The notes under the pieces: model-generated
What the model was told of the DNA's origin: nothing
What the model saw: only the letters and a program-made list of their open reading frames with translations
The model's database searches: none
Position numbers and translations under genes: made by a program
In this document: positions 20,853-30,358 of the stretch, in pieces
Position numbering within the stretch: the stretch's first letter is position 1
How the letters are laid out: each line of letters opens with the position of its first letter
IMG/VR virus record: IMGVR_UViG_3300027804_002812
Coordinates: 128,001-192,000 of that record
Length of the DNA stretch: 64,000 bases
From: a virus
Lineage: Duplodnaviria > Caudoviricetes
Reading direction: 5' to 3' (one strand)

Positions 20853-22057
20853 ACTAATAATCCTTCAGGTGATATTTTTACTTGTTTTCCTTTATTTTCA
20901 AACACTAAGTTTTTCTTATTTGTTACTCCAACAATTTTTGATGAAGAATTTTCTTCTAAGAATTTTTTTGCGGATAATTCTTGTTCGATAGTTTCACTTA
21001 ATCTTACAACTTCTTTCATTTGTTTTTTAACTTCAGAAACTTTCGTGGTTTTCCCCTTGCTTTCAAGAATTTCCTTTTTTGTAATTTCAAAGTACTTAGA
21101 AATAACTTTGTCTACGGTGGATTCTCCGAAAATGCTATCGATGATTGCTCCATTTCCATATCCTTCTTCTTCCATTTCACTTTCTACAGGAATGTCCATG
21201 TCAGCTTGAATGTCTTCAACTTCACTATCATCAGTCAAATCTAATCCATTCATATCATCTCCACCCAAATCTTCAGATTCTTCATCAAATTTAGATAGTA
21301 TGTCTTCTCTATCCTCTTCAGATAATTCGTTCAAATCAAATGAAGATAATACCATGTTGATTACATACTTAATGTCCTCAGAAGTCATTCCTTGGTCAGT
21401 ATCCAAAGTTCTAATTTTTTGGGTCAATTTTCCCGTAAGTTTTTGAATAGTTTTGAACGTAACTTGTTCTTCTTCTCCAGTTGCTGGAGTTTCAATATCC
21501 ATAGATACATCTGCATCAACTTCTCCTTCAGGACCCATGTCTTCCATACCCATATCAATGTTCAACTCATCTTCTCCCGCTGGCATTTCATCATTTGGAG
21601 ATGGTGGTAAAGATGGAGCAGGAACTGCGGGTGGAGCGGCAGGTACCTCGGCAGCTGGCATTGGTTCTGCCGCTGGTTTAGGAGTTTTTAACGTAAACTT
21701 TTTTTGTTCACCGAAAAAAGAAACACCTTCCTCATTTTCATTAATTCTGTTTAACTCACCTGCAACTAAGTTTAATCTTTTGAAGGCTTGAGAATATGAA
21801 GAATAGTATTTTCTATTTTTCATTGGCTCAATATAATCTGTTTCAGATTCAGAAATGGTTTTTTTAATGATATAACCCTGTCTTTCTTTAACTATTTCAT
21901 ATTGATTACCATCTGCCAAAGAAATAGAATATTCGCTTCTTGCAGTTTCATTAATATTTGATGGAATCACCTCGTTAAAACGAGCGATTTCCATGATTCT
22001 TTTTATTTTATCTTGTCCAGTTAATTTTTCACTGCCAAGTGGTTTCAAATCTCCCAT
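20849..22057 (-). CDS. acidic hypothetical protein, possibly internal head protein
   Basis: 402 aa, D/E- and Pro/Ala-rich segments. Confidence 0.7.
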   Translation of the reverse strand: MGDLKPLGSEKLTGQDKIKRIMEIARFNEVIPSNINETARSEYSISLADGNQYEIVKERQGYIIKKTISESETDYIEPMKNRKYYSSYSQAFKRLNLVAGELNRINENEEGVSFFGEQKKFTLKTPKPAAEPMPAAEVPAAPPAVPAPSLPPSPNDEMPAGEDELNIDMGMEDMGPEGEVDADVSMDIETPATGEEEQVTFKTIQKLTGKLTQKIRTLDTDQGMTSEDIKYVINMVLSSFDLNELSEEDREDILSKFDEESEDLGGDDMNGLDLTDDSEVEDIQADMDIPVESEMEEEGYGNGAIIDSIFGESTVDKVISKYFEITKKEILESKGKTTKVSEVKKQMKEVVRLSETIEQELSAKKFLEENSSSKIVGVTNKKNLVFENKGKQVKISPEGLLV

Positions 22058-22090
22058 ATTATGATTTATTTATATTTTTTTGTTTTTTTT

Positions 22091-23338
22091 TTAATTATTC
22101 AATCCTTGGAATCCTCCTAGTGATATTGCGTTTAGTTGAACAATAACTTCATCCCCATCTTCACTCGTCATAACAGAATAAGGCACAGTTGATCCGGATG
22201 GTGCAGTACCTCCACTAAATGAACCTAACATACCGATAGTATATTCATATTGTTGGTTTACTTCAATCACAAATCCAAGAGTTACACTTGGGGTAGGTGT
22301 GGAAGTTGGAGTTGACGCTGGAGTTCCTGTTGGTGTTGGTGTAACAGGTGCAGTTGCACTTGGTGATGCAGTGATACTTGGTGTTGGTGTTCTCGTAGCA
22401 GTATTTGTCGGTGTTGCGGTCTGTGTATTCGTAACAGTCGGTGTTGGAGTGTTAGTAGATGTGGAGGTGTTTGTAGGTGTTTGAGTTTGTGTTGCAGTAT
22501 TTGTAGGTGTTTGGGTTGTGGTTGGAGTTGGAGTTACCGCAGCAGTTCCAGTTTGAGTTGGTGTAGGTGTTTGAGTTGAGGTTGTGGTTGGAGTTGGAGT
22601 GTTTGATGCAGTAGGTGTTGGCGTAATGTCTCCAAGACATTCAACACAAGTATTCCACGGTCCGTTAAAAATTGTAACAGTTGCAGCTAATGGAGTTTCA
22701 AATCCATCACCAACTGTAAAACACTGATGACTTCCATCCGGTAATGATAAGTCATATATTTTATTATTAATTAAACTACCAATGAATTTGGCGTAAAATG
22801 CTTCTCCTCCCGCACATGGAGTTATAATATAATATGTAAACGGTAGTGGGGATTTTGTTGGTGTAACAGTATTAGTTGGGGTTACCGTAGGAGTTGACGT
22901 ATTTGTTGAAGTTACAGTTGGTGTTGGAGTTTTAGTCGCAGTATTTGTTGGTGTTGCAGTATTTGTTGGTGTTACAGTTGGTGTTGGGGTTTTAGTTGTC
23001 GTCTGAGTATTAGTAACAGTTTGAGTATTAGTTGGCGTTGCGGTATTCGTTGGAGTCTGTGTGTTGGTTGGAGTCTGTGTAGGAGTTGCAGTATTAGACG
23101 CAGTTGGTGTTGGCGTAACATCTCCAAGACATTCAACACAACTATTCCATGGCCCATTAAATATTGTTGCAGTCGCAGCTAAAGGAGTATCGATACCAGG
23201 TTCAATTGTATAACATCCGTTAGAACCCCCTCCGATGATTAAGTCGTAGATATCACCTACAATAAGATTTTCTTCTGACTTTATGTATAAAGTATTAGAA
23301 GAATTACAAGAAGACGCAATATAATAATTAAAAGCCAT
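22091..23338 (-). CDS. mucin-like Thr/Pro-repeat protein with two Cys-containing domains
   Basis: TPTPT/TNT repeats; duplicated TPLAATxTIFNGPWNxCVECLGD unit. Confidence 0.8.
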   Translation of the reverse strand: MAFNYYIASSCNSSNTLYIKSEENLIVGDIYDLIIGGGSNGCYTIEPGIDTPLAATATIFNGPWNSCVECLGDVTPTPTASNTATPTQTPTNTQTPTNTATPTNTQTVTNTQTTTKTPTPTVTPTNTATPTNTATKTPTPTVTSTNTSTPTVTPTNTVTPTKSPLPFTYYIITPCAGGEAFYAKFIGSLINNKIYDLSLPDGSHQCFTVGDGFETPLAATVTIFNGPWNTCVECLGDITPTPTASNTPTPTTTSTQTPTPTQTGTAAVTPTPTTTQTPTNTATQTQTPTNTSTSTNTPTPTVTNTQTATPTNTATRTPTPSITASPSATAPVTPTPTGTPASTPTSTPTPSVTLGFVIEVNQQYEYTIGMLGSFSGGTAPSGSTVPYSVMTSEDGDEVIVQLNAISLGGFQGLNN

Positions 23339-23391
23339 TTAATTTTTTCTTTATAAATATATGGTTATTCACATTTATTAAGGTGTAAGTA

Positions 23392-24135
23392 TCAGTCTTC
23401 CAATTTTCTCTCAATAGAAAGTTCTTTATCGAGAGCTTTATTTGACATATCAAACAATTTTTCAATGTGTCCCGACCTTCTCAAAAACTTAAAAACCAAG
23501 TTTTCATACGAAAGTTCACCTTCTTTTTCCAAACCTGATTTTCTATAATTTTTTAATTTTTCTTTGATTGAATCTATCAATTTGATATCATCTTCCGAAC
23601 TTTCGGATTCAATTACCTTATCAATTTTTTCAGTCCAGTTTTTGATTTTCTTTTCCAAAACTGATTTATCAATCTCGTTTTCTAACTGTTTAGGTTTTGT
23701 CACCCATTCATCATTCATTACTGAATAAACACCTGTTGCGAAATGTGGCTCTTCATTATCTTGTGCATATAATTCGACATCATACCCAAATATTTTAATA
23801 TCGTGTTTGTCGTTGAATACTTGTTTCTTTAGATTATACAATTCTTTATATAAAGGAGCTTCATCTTCGAATTGTTGTAAATCTACAAGAATGTGTAAAT
23901 CAAAATCAGAATATTCCGACCAATTAAAATTAGCTAATGATCCAGTTAAAACAATATCTTCAACAAAAACATCTTCACCAAGATAATCGATGAATTTTTC
24001 GGCAATCTTCAATAAAGCGTTTTTCACCTTCGGAACCATCTTTGCTTTCTGTGGGTTCTCAGGGTTCTCCCAAATTTTTGGATTGAGAGTTTCTTGTACT
24101 GAAAAACTATTAAGGATTTTTTGAAAATTATTCAT
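23392..24135 (-). CDS. nucleotidyltransferase (Pol-beta superfamily)
   Basis: LTGSLAN...SDFDLH = GS/DxD motif. Confidence 0.8.
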   Translation of the reverse strand: MNNFQKILNSFSVQETLNPKIWENPENPQKAKMVPKVKNALLKIAEKFIDYLGEDVFVEDIVLTGSLANFNWSEYSDFDLHILVDLQQFEDEAPLYKELYNLKKQVFNDKHDIKIFGYDVELYAQDNEEPHFATGVYSVMNDEWVTKPKQLENEIDKSVLEKKIKNWTEKIDKVIESESSEDDIKLIDSIKEKLKNYRKSGLEKEGELSYENLVFKFLRRSGHIEKLFDMSNKALDKELSIERKLED

Positions 24136-24146
24136 CTAGATAAATA

Positions 24147-24389
24147 CTATAACTTCTTATACTTGAACGTCTTTGATATGTCCGTAGTAAAAAACTTTCC
24201 TTGCGACTCCGACATTCTGAATTTTGTATACACTTGGTGAGGTACATCTTCGTACTCATATTTGAATCCATTATTAAATTCTACTACAAGTTTTTTTGTT
24301 TCCGTGTCGTATTCTGTTTTTTTAATGTTGGAAGATTTTATTTCATTAATAATCTTCGTCCCCTGAATCTCTTCTTTCAGTATCGCCAT
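24147..24389 (-). CDS. KTSC-domain protein
   Basis: SSNIKKTEYD...LVVEFNNG..YEYEDVP...S.S.GKFF. Confidence 0.85.
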   Translation of the reverse strand: MAILKEEIQGTKIINEIKSSNIKKTEYDTETKKLVVEFNNGFKYEYEDVPHQVYTKFRMSESQGKFFTTDISKTFKYKKL

Positions 24390-24678
24390 CTCTAAGTGGT
24401 GTTAATTCGTTTATTTTTAATAGTTGAGGCATGATAAAATCCGAAACTTCATCTTTGGTCACTTCAAATCCGTAATTCTGAAGAAACCTAACCACGTTAT
24501 TAAATTCATTATTGAATTTTTCTTGTAAACTCATCATCTTAAAAGTATATGTCGGAGGATTATCTAGTTCTGATTCACTGAATCCCATCTCCTGTAAATG
24601 TTGTCTTAATCTCAAATAAATGTCCAAGAGATCTCTTAAATGAGAAGAATATGTTAAATATTTTTCAAAAGGTTTCAT
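24346..24678 (-). CDS. hypothetical protein
   Basis: 110-aa ORF; TATTTAT upstream. Confidence 0.65.
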   Translation of the reverse strand: MKPFEKYLTYSSHLRDLLDIYLRLRQHLQEMGFSESELDNPPTYTFKMMSLQEKFNNEFNNVVRFLQNYGFEVTKDEVSDFIMPQLLKINELTPLRDGDTERRDSGDEDY

Positions 24679-24790
24679 AAATATAAATATTATAAAAACT
24701 TTTTGTATCTAAAGTACCACAAAAATAAAAAAACCCACCTTTGTGGGGTGGGTTAAATTTTAGTTACGACGTGGAGGTTGTAAAGTTTTT

Positions 24791-25309
24791 TCAAACTGCG
24801 AATCTGTCGTAAGAAACTCGTAATTTAGGGTTTCTCAAAAGTGTTTTAATTCGTTCAATGTTAGATGCTAAGTCTCCCTCAATCCATTTCAGGACTAAAG
24901 TATTTGGATTACCTTCAAAAGGTACAAATCCATTATCCTCTGCAATTTTTTTCATTTCAGGGGTTTTATATGTAAAATACACGCCTCCATTATTCCGAAT
25001 CGACAAATTATATGTCTCAATCGCAACTTTTTTTGCCGTATCATAAAATTTATCCGTATAATCAATGTGACTATACGGTCTACCGTTAAATGTTCCAAAG
25101 TTATCTCTCGAAGGTTTTTTGAATGACACCAATGAGCTTTTAACCTTTCCGAAAGATTCTTCGTTTTCTAAAGATTTAGGTTCATCTTCTTTCTTTGGTT
25201 CAACTTTTTTTGTAGGGTCGAATTCGATGTTCAAATCACTTTGTTCCTTAATAACCCGTTTTACCAATCTAACCAAATCGGATTCGGTTAATCTTATTGT
25301 TTTTTTCAT
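24791..25309 (-). CDS. hypothetical protein with LTESDL leader
   Basis: MKKTIRLTESDLVRLVKRVIKEQ. Confidence 0.75.
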   Translation of the reverse strand: MKKTIRLTESDLVRLVKRVIKEQSDLNIEFDPTKKVEPKKEDEPKSLENEESFGKVKSSLVSFKKPSRDNFGTFNGRPYSHIDYTDKFYDTAKKVAIETYNLSIRNNGGVYFTYKTPEMKKIAEDNGFVPFEGNPNTLVLKWIEGDLASNIERIKTLLRNPKLRVSYDRFAV

Positions 25310-25314
25310 TTTAT

Positions 25315-25602
25315 TTATAACTTATGGTTTACAGTACAAAAAACTTTTTTAGTTGCACCTCTCAATAATCCATCAATCTTAAGGAGAGGAGTTTTTATTT
25401 GATTATGTACTTCTTGATATTCTTCAACTTCGGAATCTTTTGGAACGAGTTTTCCGGCCTTACAAACATCATTGTAATATTTTTCTTTAAGTTTTCTATC
25501 CAATTTTAAGAATCTTACTTTGGAGTCGGTTCCTGTTTCGGCGATTACTTTTTTAACCAATCTTGTTAAATCAGATTCGGTTAATCTTATAATTTTTTTC
25601 AT
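25315..25602 (-). CDS. hypothetical protein with LTESDL leader
   Basis: MKKIIRLTESDLTRLVKKVIAE. Confidence 0.7.
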   Translation of the reverse strand: MKKIIRLTESDLTRLVKKVIAETGTDSKVRFLKLDRKLKEKYYNDVCKAGKLVPKDSEVEEYQEVHNQIKTPLLKIDGLLRGATKKVFCTVNHKL

Positions 25603-25624
25603 ATGTTATAAATATCCACAGAAT

Positions 25625-25662
25625 AAAAAAAAATCCCCACCTTTTGAGTGGGGATTTTTTTT
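25625..25662. terminator. intrinsic terminator
   Basis: atccccac/gtggggat stem with flanking A and T runs. Confidence 0.8.
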
Positions 25663-26033
25663 TACTTTAGTTTTTTGAGTTGGTCTCGAATCTCGATTGA
25701 TTTTTCAAAATTTTGTTCTTCGATTGACTTTTTAAGTTCCTCTTCAAGTTTATCGATTTCCTTTTGGTTTGATTCCAACTTTTTAATTTGGTCTCTCAAT
25801 TCAACCGCTTTTTCAAAATCCTCATTTTCAATTGCGATTTCAAGTTGTTGTTTCAGATTTTTTGAAGTTGGGTTTGTTTTAGTGTTGTCGTAGTAATACG
25901 TAGTTATTTTCATTGTTCCATCTTCTGAAACTTTAGTTTGAGTTTTCCACTCACCGTTAGATGGGGTTAATTGATTGAACATTTCGTCGAATGTTCTAAA
26001 GATGTCGTTATAAGATCTTCTGTTACCAAACAT
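25662..26033 (-). CDS. tandem UVR (UvrB/UvrC) motif protein, candidate ClpC adaptor
   Basis: LKQQLEIAIENEDFEKAVELRDQI and LEEELKKSIEEQNFEKSIEIRDQL. Confidence 0.8.
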   Translation of the reverse strand: MFGNRRSYNDIFRTFDEMFNQLTPSNGEWKTQTKVSEDGTMKITTYYYDNTKTNPTSKNLKQQLEIAIENEDFEKAVELRDQIKKLESNQKEIDKLEEELKKSIEEQNFEKSIEIRDQLKKLK

Positions 26034-26064
26034 AATTTTAGTTTTTTGTTTTAAGTTTATTTGT

Positions 26065-26072
26065 TATCTTTG
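26065..26072 (+). promoter_or_regulatory. Bacteroidota -7 box upstream of clpC
   Basis: TATCTTTG. Confidence 0.5.
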
Positions 26073-26101
26073 TTCCAAGATTTATGCCGGTAGTGGTTCT
26101 A

Positions 26102-26157
26102 TGACAATATGTCAGAAAAAGATATAATAAAAATAAATATTTCCTGACAATTTGTCA
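26102..26157. promoter_or_regulatory. two palindromic operators TGACA-N3-TGTCA
   Basis: tgacaatatgtca at 26102-26114 and tgacaatttgtca at 26145-26157. Confidence 0.65.
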
Positions 26158-26212
26158 AATCATTTGGATAAGAATAAAAATTGTTATTACTTTGTAAAAA
26201 TTAAAAAACATT

Positions 26213-28225
26213 ATGAACGACTTAATGGACGACGAAGACAAAATGATGAGTAAAAAACAGAAGTCAGGAGATACCTCGACACCTGTTCTAGACAATTTCA
26301 GTAGAGATTTGAATAAACTTGCAGAGGCGGGTAAGTTGGACCCTGTCATCGGAAGAGACCGAGAGATTCTACGAATCGCACAAATTCTTTCCCGAAGAAA
26401 GAAAAATAATCCAATTATTCTTGGTGAACCTGGTTGTGGTAAAACTGCAATTGTTGAAGGTTTGGCGATGAAAATTGTCAATGGTGATTGTCCTCGTAAT
26501 CTTTTGGATAAAAGATTGGTTAACCTTGACCTAACTTCAGTTGTTGCTGGTACAAAGTATCGTGGACAATTTGAAGAAAGAATGAAGGTTATCATCGAAG
26601 AACTTCAGGCTAATCCTAACATCATCGTATTCATTGATGAAATTCATACTTTGGTTGGCTCAGGTAATTCTTCAGGTTCGATGGATGGTTCCAACATTTT
26701 CAAACCAGCACTATCTCGTGGTGAACTACAAGTAATCGGTGCAACCACTTTGGATGAGTTCAGAAAGAACATCGAAAAAGATGGGGCATTGGAACGTAGA
26801 TTCCAAAAAGTTATTGTTGACCCATCTACAGTGACTGAGACAATCCAAATTTTGAAGAATGTTCGGGACAAATACGAAACATATCACAAAGTGACTTATT
26901 CCGATGAAGTCATTGAAACTTGTGTTAAGTTGGCGGATAGATATATCACCGACCGTGAATTCCCTGACAAAGCATTCGACATCTTGGATGAAGTTGGTGC
27001 TAGAATGCAGACCGAACTTAAGGTTCCTGAGGCTATCGAAGAGTTGAAGCGTAAAGCTGCAGAACTTAAACAACAGAAGTTGGATGTAGTTAAAAAACAG
27101 AATTACGAACAAGCCGCACAACTCAGAGACAAAGAGAAAAAGTTGTTGGACAAATTGGACCAAGAAAAACAAAAATTCGAGGAACAAATGTCCAAAGACA
27201 AACAAAAGGTCGGAATGGATGATGTTTATGATGTTGTTTCAAACATGACTAAAATCCCTGTTAACAAAATGTCTACGGATGATACCAAAGCGTTGTTGAA
27301 CTTGGACAAACACATTGTTGGAACTGTCATTGGTCAGGATGCCGCGGTTATCAAGGTTGCAAAATCTATCAAGAGAAACCGACTAGGTATCAAAGATCCA
27401 AATCGTCCGATTGGTTCATTCGTTTTCTTGGGTTCAACAGGTGTTGGTAAAACTCACTTAGCAAAACAACTTGCAAAGGAAATGTTTGGAAGTGAGGACG
27501 CGCTAATCCGTGTGGATATGTCTGAGTACCAAGAGAAACATACCGTATCCAAATTGGTTGGAGCACCTCCAGGCTATGTTGGATACGAAGAAGGTGGATT
27601 GTTGACTGAGAAAGTTAAGAACAAGCCTTACTCTGTTATCTTGTTTGATGAGGTTGAGAAAGCTCACAAAGATGTATTCACCGTATTACTTCAAATCTTG
27701 GACGATGGTCACGTTACGGATAGTTTGGGTAGAAAGATTAACTTCAAGAATACCCTAATTATCTTAACATCAAATCTCGGAGTTAAAAAACTACAAGACT
27801 TCGGAACTGGTATTGGATTCTCATCAAGTACCTATGGTAACGAAGAGGCGAAGAAAGAAATCTTGATGAAAGAAATGAAGAATTTCTTTTCTCCTGAGTT
27901 TATCAACCGTATCGATGACACCATTGTTTTCAATTCTCTATCTCAAGAGGATATCAAGAAAATCACCGACATCGAACTTAAGAAGTTGATGAAGCGTCTT
28001 GACGAAATGAAGTATAAGATTACTTATGATGAATCACTTTTGAATTACCTCTCAAAAATCGGATATGATGAGGTATACGGTGCAAGACCACTCAAGAGAG
28101 CGATTCAGGATAAAGTTGAAGACTTATTATCTGAAGAAGTTCTGACCGACAAAATTATAGTAGGAAAAACCTACGTGATTAAAGTCGAAGATGAAGTAGT
28201 CAAAGTAGTCAAGAAAGGTCGGTAA
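26213..28225 (+). CDS. clpC: ClpC-like Hsp100 AAA+ unfoldase lacking the N-terminal Clp domain
   Basis: GEPGCGKT and GSTGVGKT Walker A motifs, short UVR-type M-domain, GIGF ClpP-docking loop, GARPL. Confidence 0.9.
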   Translation: MNDLMDDEDKMMSKKQKSGDTSTPVLDNFSRDLNKLAEAGKLDPVIGRDREILRIAQILSRRKKNNPIILGEPGCGKTAIVEGLAMKIVNGDCPRNLLDKRLVNLDLTSVVAGTKYRGQFEERMKVIIEELQANPNIIVFIDEIHTLVGSGNSSGSMDGSNIFKPALSRGELQVIGATTLDEFRKNIEKDGALERRFQKVIVDPSTVTETIQILKNVRDKYETYHKVTYSDEVIETCVKLADRYITDREFPDKAFDILDEVGARMQTELKVPEAIEELKRKAAELKQQKLDVVKKQNYEQAAQLRDKEKKLLDKLDQEKQKFEEQMSKDKQKVGMDDVYDVVSNMTKIPVNKMSTDDTKALLNLDKHIVGTVIGQDAAVIKVAKSIKRNRLGIKDPNRPIGSFVFLGSTGVGKTHLAKQLAKEMFGSEDALIRVDMSEYQEKHTVSKLVGAPPGYVGYEEGGLLTEKVKNKPYSVILFDEVEKAHKDVFTVLLQILDDGHVTDSLGRKINFKNTLIILTSNLGVKKLQDFGTGIGFSSSTYGNEEAKKEILMKEMKNFFSPEFINRIDDTIVFNSLSQEDIKKITDIELKKLMKRLDEMKYKITYDESLLNYLSKIGYDEVYGARPLKRAIQDKVEDLLSEEVLTDKIIVGKTYVIKVEDEVVKVVKKGR

Positions 28226-28228
28226 ATT

Positions 28229-28255
28229 AAAAAGGGGATAATTCCCCTTTTTTTT
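28229..28255 (+). terminator. intrinsic terminator
   Basis: aagggga/tcccctt stem plus T-run. Confidence 0.8.
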
Positions 28256-28267
28256 ATATTTATAGAC

Positions 28268-28876
28268 ATGAGTAATTTTTCCCGACTATTAGACAAATTC
28301 AAAAATTCATTCCCAAAAGACTTACAATCAAAAGTTGATGTAATTGAAAATTTTGTTGTGGGATATATTCAAGAAAATGACCTCAATGTAAAGTTCTTGA
28401 ATTCATGTTCCGCAGGGTTCAAAGGAGTTAGGACAAGAGACCAAATTATTATTTGTTCTCCAATCAGTATGGAAACCATAGGAGACTTTTTATATACCAT
28501 ATTTCACGAAATCAGGCATGAGCAACAGATTAGAGATTTGAAAATGTTAAATCCTTTAACGGATTTTGATTTAGAGGATTTCGAGGCTCTTTACGAACAA
28601 TACTGGAATATGGAGTTGGATGCCGATAAATTCGCAAAAGAAATGGTGGCAAAACTGGTAATCAAATTGGGGATTCCAATCGATATTGCAAAAAAATTAT
28701 TTTCGTTGTCACCATACGTTCAGCAATATCCAACCATGTCAAACATGGTTCGTGGAGGTATTCAACAAATTATTAATGACATTAAGAGAATAAAAAAATC
28801 GGGTGGAGAATATACTGATATTCAAGACCACCCGGTAGTACAAAGACACATCGATAAGTTAGAGGATTTTATTTAA
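28268..28876 (+). CDS. putative HExxH zinc metallopeptidase
   Basis: FHEIRHEQQ ... ELDADKFA. Confidence 0.6.
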   Translation: MSNFSRLLDKFKNSFPKDLQSKVDVIENFVVGYIQENDLNVKFLNSCSAGFKGVRTRDQIIICSPISMETIGDFLYTIFHEIRHEQQIRDLKMLNPLTDFDLEDFEALYEQYWNMELDADKFAKEMVAKLVIKLGIPIDIAKKLFSLSPYVQQYPTMSNMVRGGIQQIINDIKRIKKSGGEYTDIQDHPVVQRHIDKLEDFI

Positions 28877-29502
28877 TCTATCAACTTCAATATTATCGTA
28901 TAAAAAGTTGATTTACCTTCCCACCCGTAAGAATCATAATCGACTGATTCAACTGAAAAATGTTGATTAGATAACACACGAATATCTTCTTCGGTTACAC
29001 CATCGCAGTTTTCAATTAATACAATTTTCCCATTTGGGTTTAGGTATCTATGTACAGATTCGAAAAACTTTTTATGAAATTGCATGTCATAGTCCAAAGA
29101 GATTAATTTTTCTTCACTACTTCTATAACCATTAGGTCTTTCAGTTTTGAAATGTGGGGGGTTTGATACGATAGTGTCAAACTTATTGGAGTCCTCCATT
29201 GAATCAAAACAATCGGACTGAATAAACTCAACTTTCAGATTATTAAATCGATTTGTTGTTTCTATACTATCTCGAACCTCGGGATTAATATCTGACAAAA
29301 CTAATCTATTTGCTTTATTATATTTCAATAAAGTGTAACCGATGAATCCAGGCCCTGAACATATTTCCAATACGTCCCCTTGGTCTTGAATTTTATTTAT
29401 AATATCGGATTTGGTAATGGCATTAAATCCAAAAGTAGTGCCACCTCCGTCAAACCTTTTTTCGTAGAATACTGAAAGATCGATGATATTGAATAATTCC
29501 AT
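28873..29502 (-). CDS. class I SAM methyltransferase (PrmC/RsmC-small-like)
   Basis: VLEICSGPGFIG; IVSNPPHF. Confidence 0.8.
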   Translation of the reverse strand: MELFNIIDLSVFYEKRFDGGGTTFGFNAITKSDIINKIQDQGDVLEICSGPGFIGYTLLKYNKANRLVLSDINPEVRDSIETTNRFNNLKVEFIQSDCFDSMEDSNKFDTIVSNPPHFKTERPNGYRSSEEKLISLDYDMQFHKKFFESVHRYLNPNGKIVLIENCDGVTEEDIRVLSNQHFSVESVDYDSYGWEGKSTFYTIILKLID

Positions 29503-29504
29503 AA

Positions 29505-30338
29505 TCAAAAGGGATGAAATTGTCCTCTTGGCACCGACTTTTTGAAATGTAATTTATACCCTAACTCGTCAATCATTTTTCTTCCCATTTCTATCCCATT
29601 GAATACGTCCTCAATAACGACATATTCTTCTGGCGTATGATAATCATAATATCCAATAGAAAAATTAATACAAGAAAAATCAAATTTACTTCTCAAGGCA
29701 TAAACGTCTGTATATGGGTGAACCATATATTGCATTTGTTCATTAATCATTCCTTCAGTCAAAACCTTATCAATTTTTTCGAAGAACTCGGTACCTCTGT
29801 CAAATAACATCTGTCCAAAACATTTTTCAGTAATCATCCAATTTTCGGGGGCATCGAACTGAATACCATATCCAACATTTTCAAAAAATTTGGAATCGGC
29901 AGCTTTTGAGCCATGACATCCAGTTTCTTCTGAAACGAAGAATGCCGCTTTAAGGTATGGTAATTCTTTAAGTAAAGTTAAACAGGCAAACACACCACAT
30001 TTGTCGTCTCCTCCAATGCCTGTCGGTCTCTCGTTATCATTAAATGCTTTCAATGCTGGCTTCAATTCACCTTGGGCATTTTTCAACATCATTTCTTTTA
30101 CGTTGATTGTATCGATATGGTGAACTGTATCTGTATGTGATATTACACAAGGAAAATAAAAATCTTCAGGAAGGTCTGTTGTTCCTTGTTTGGTTGCATA
30201 GATATTCATTGTGTCATCGACATAATGTTCTATATTGTTTTCGGTTAACCAATTAACCAAAAATTCAACCATACGATGTTCTTGGTAAGTTTTTGTGGGT
30301 ACGCTCAGAACTTCTTTGAGCAAAGTTATATCTTTCAT
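29505..30338 (-). CDS. M20/M28-family metallopeptidase
   Basis: SHTDTV, GGDDKCG, SEETG, YHTPEE metal ligands. Confidence 0.8.
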   Translation of the reverse strand: MKDITLLKEVLSVPTKTYQEHRMVEFLVNWLTENNIEHYVDDTMNIYATKQGTTDLPEDFYFPCVISHTDTVHHIDTINVKEMMLKNAQGELKPALKAFNDNERPTGIGGDDKCGVFACLTLLKELPYLKAAFFVSEETGCHGSKAADSKFFENVGYGIQFDAPENWMITEKCFGQMLFDRGTEFFEKIDKVLTEGMINEQMQYMVHPYTDVYALRSKFDFSCINFSIGYYDYHTPEEYVVIEDVFNGIEMGRKMIDELGYKLHFKKSVPRGQFHPF

Positions 30339-30358
30339 TCTATAAAGATATAAATAAA

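Noticed and set aside
26155-27205. Minus-strand ORFs overlapping clpC
   Set aside because: Fully antisense to a highly conserved gene
26213-28225. Annotation as ClpB disaggregase
   Set aside because: Short UVR-type M-domain and an IGF loop indicate a ClpP-partnering ClpC type
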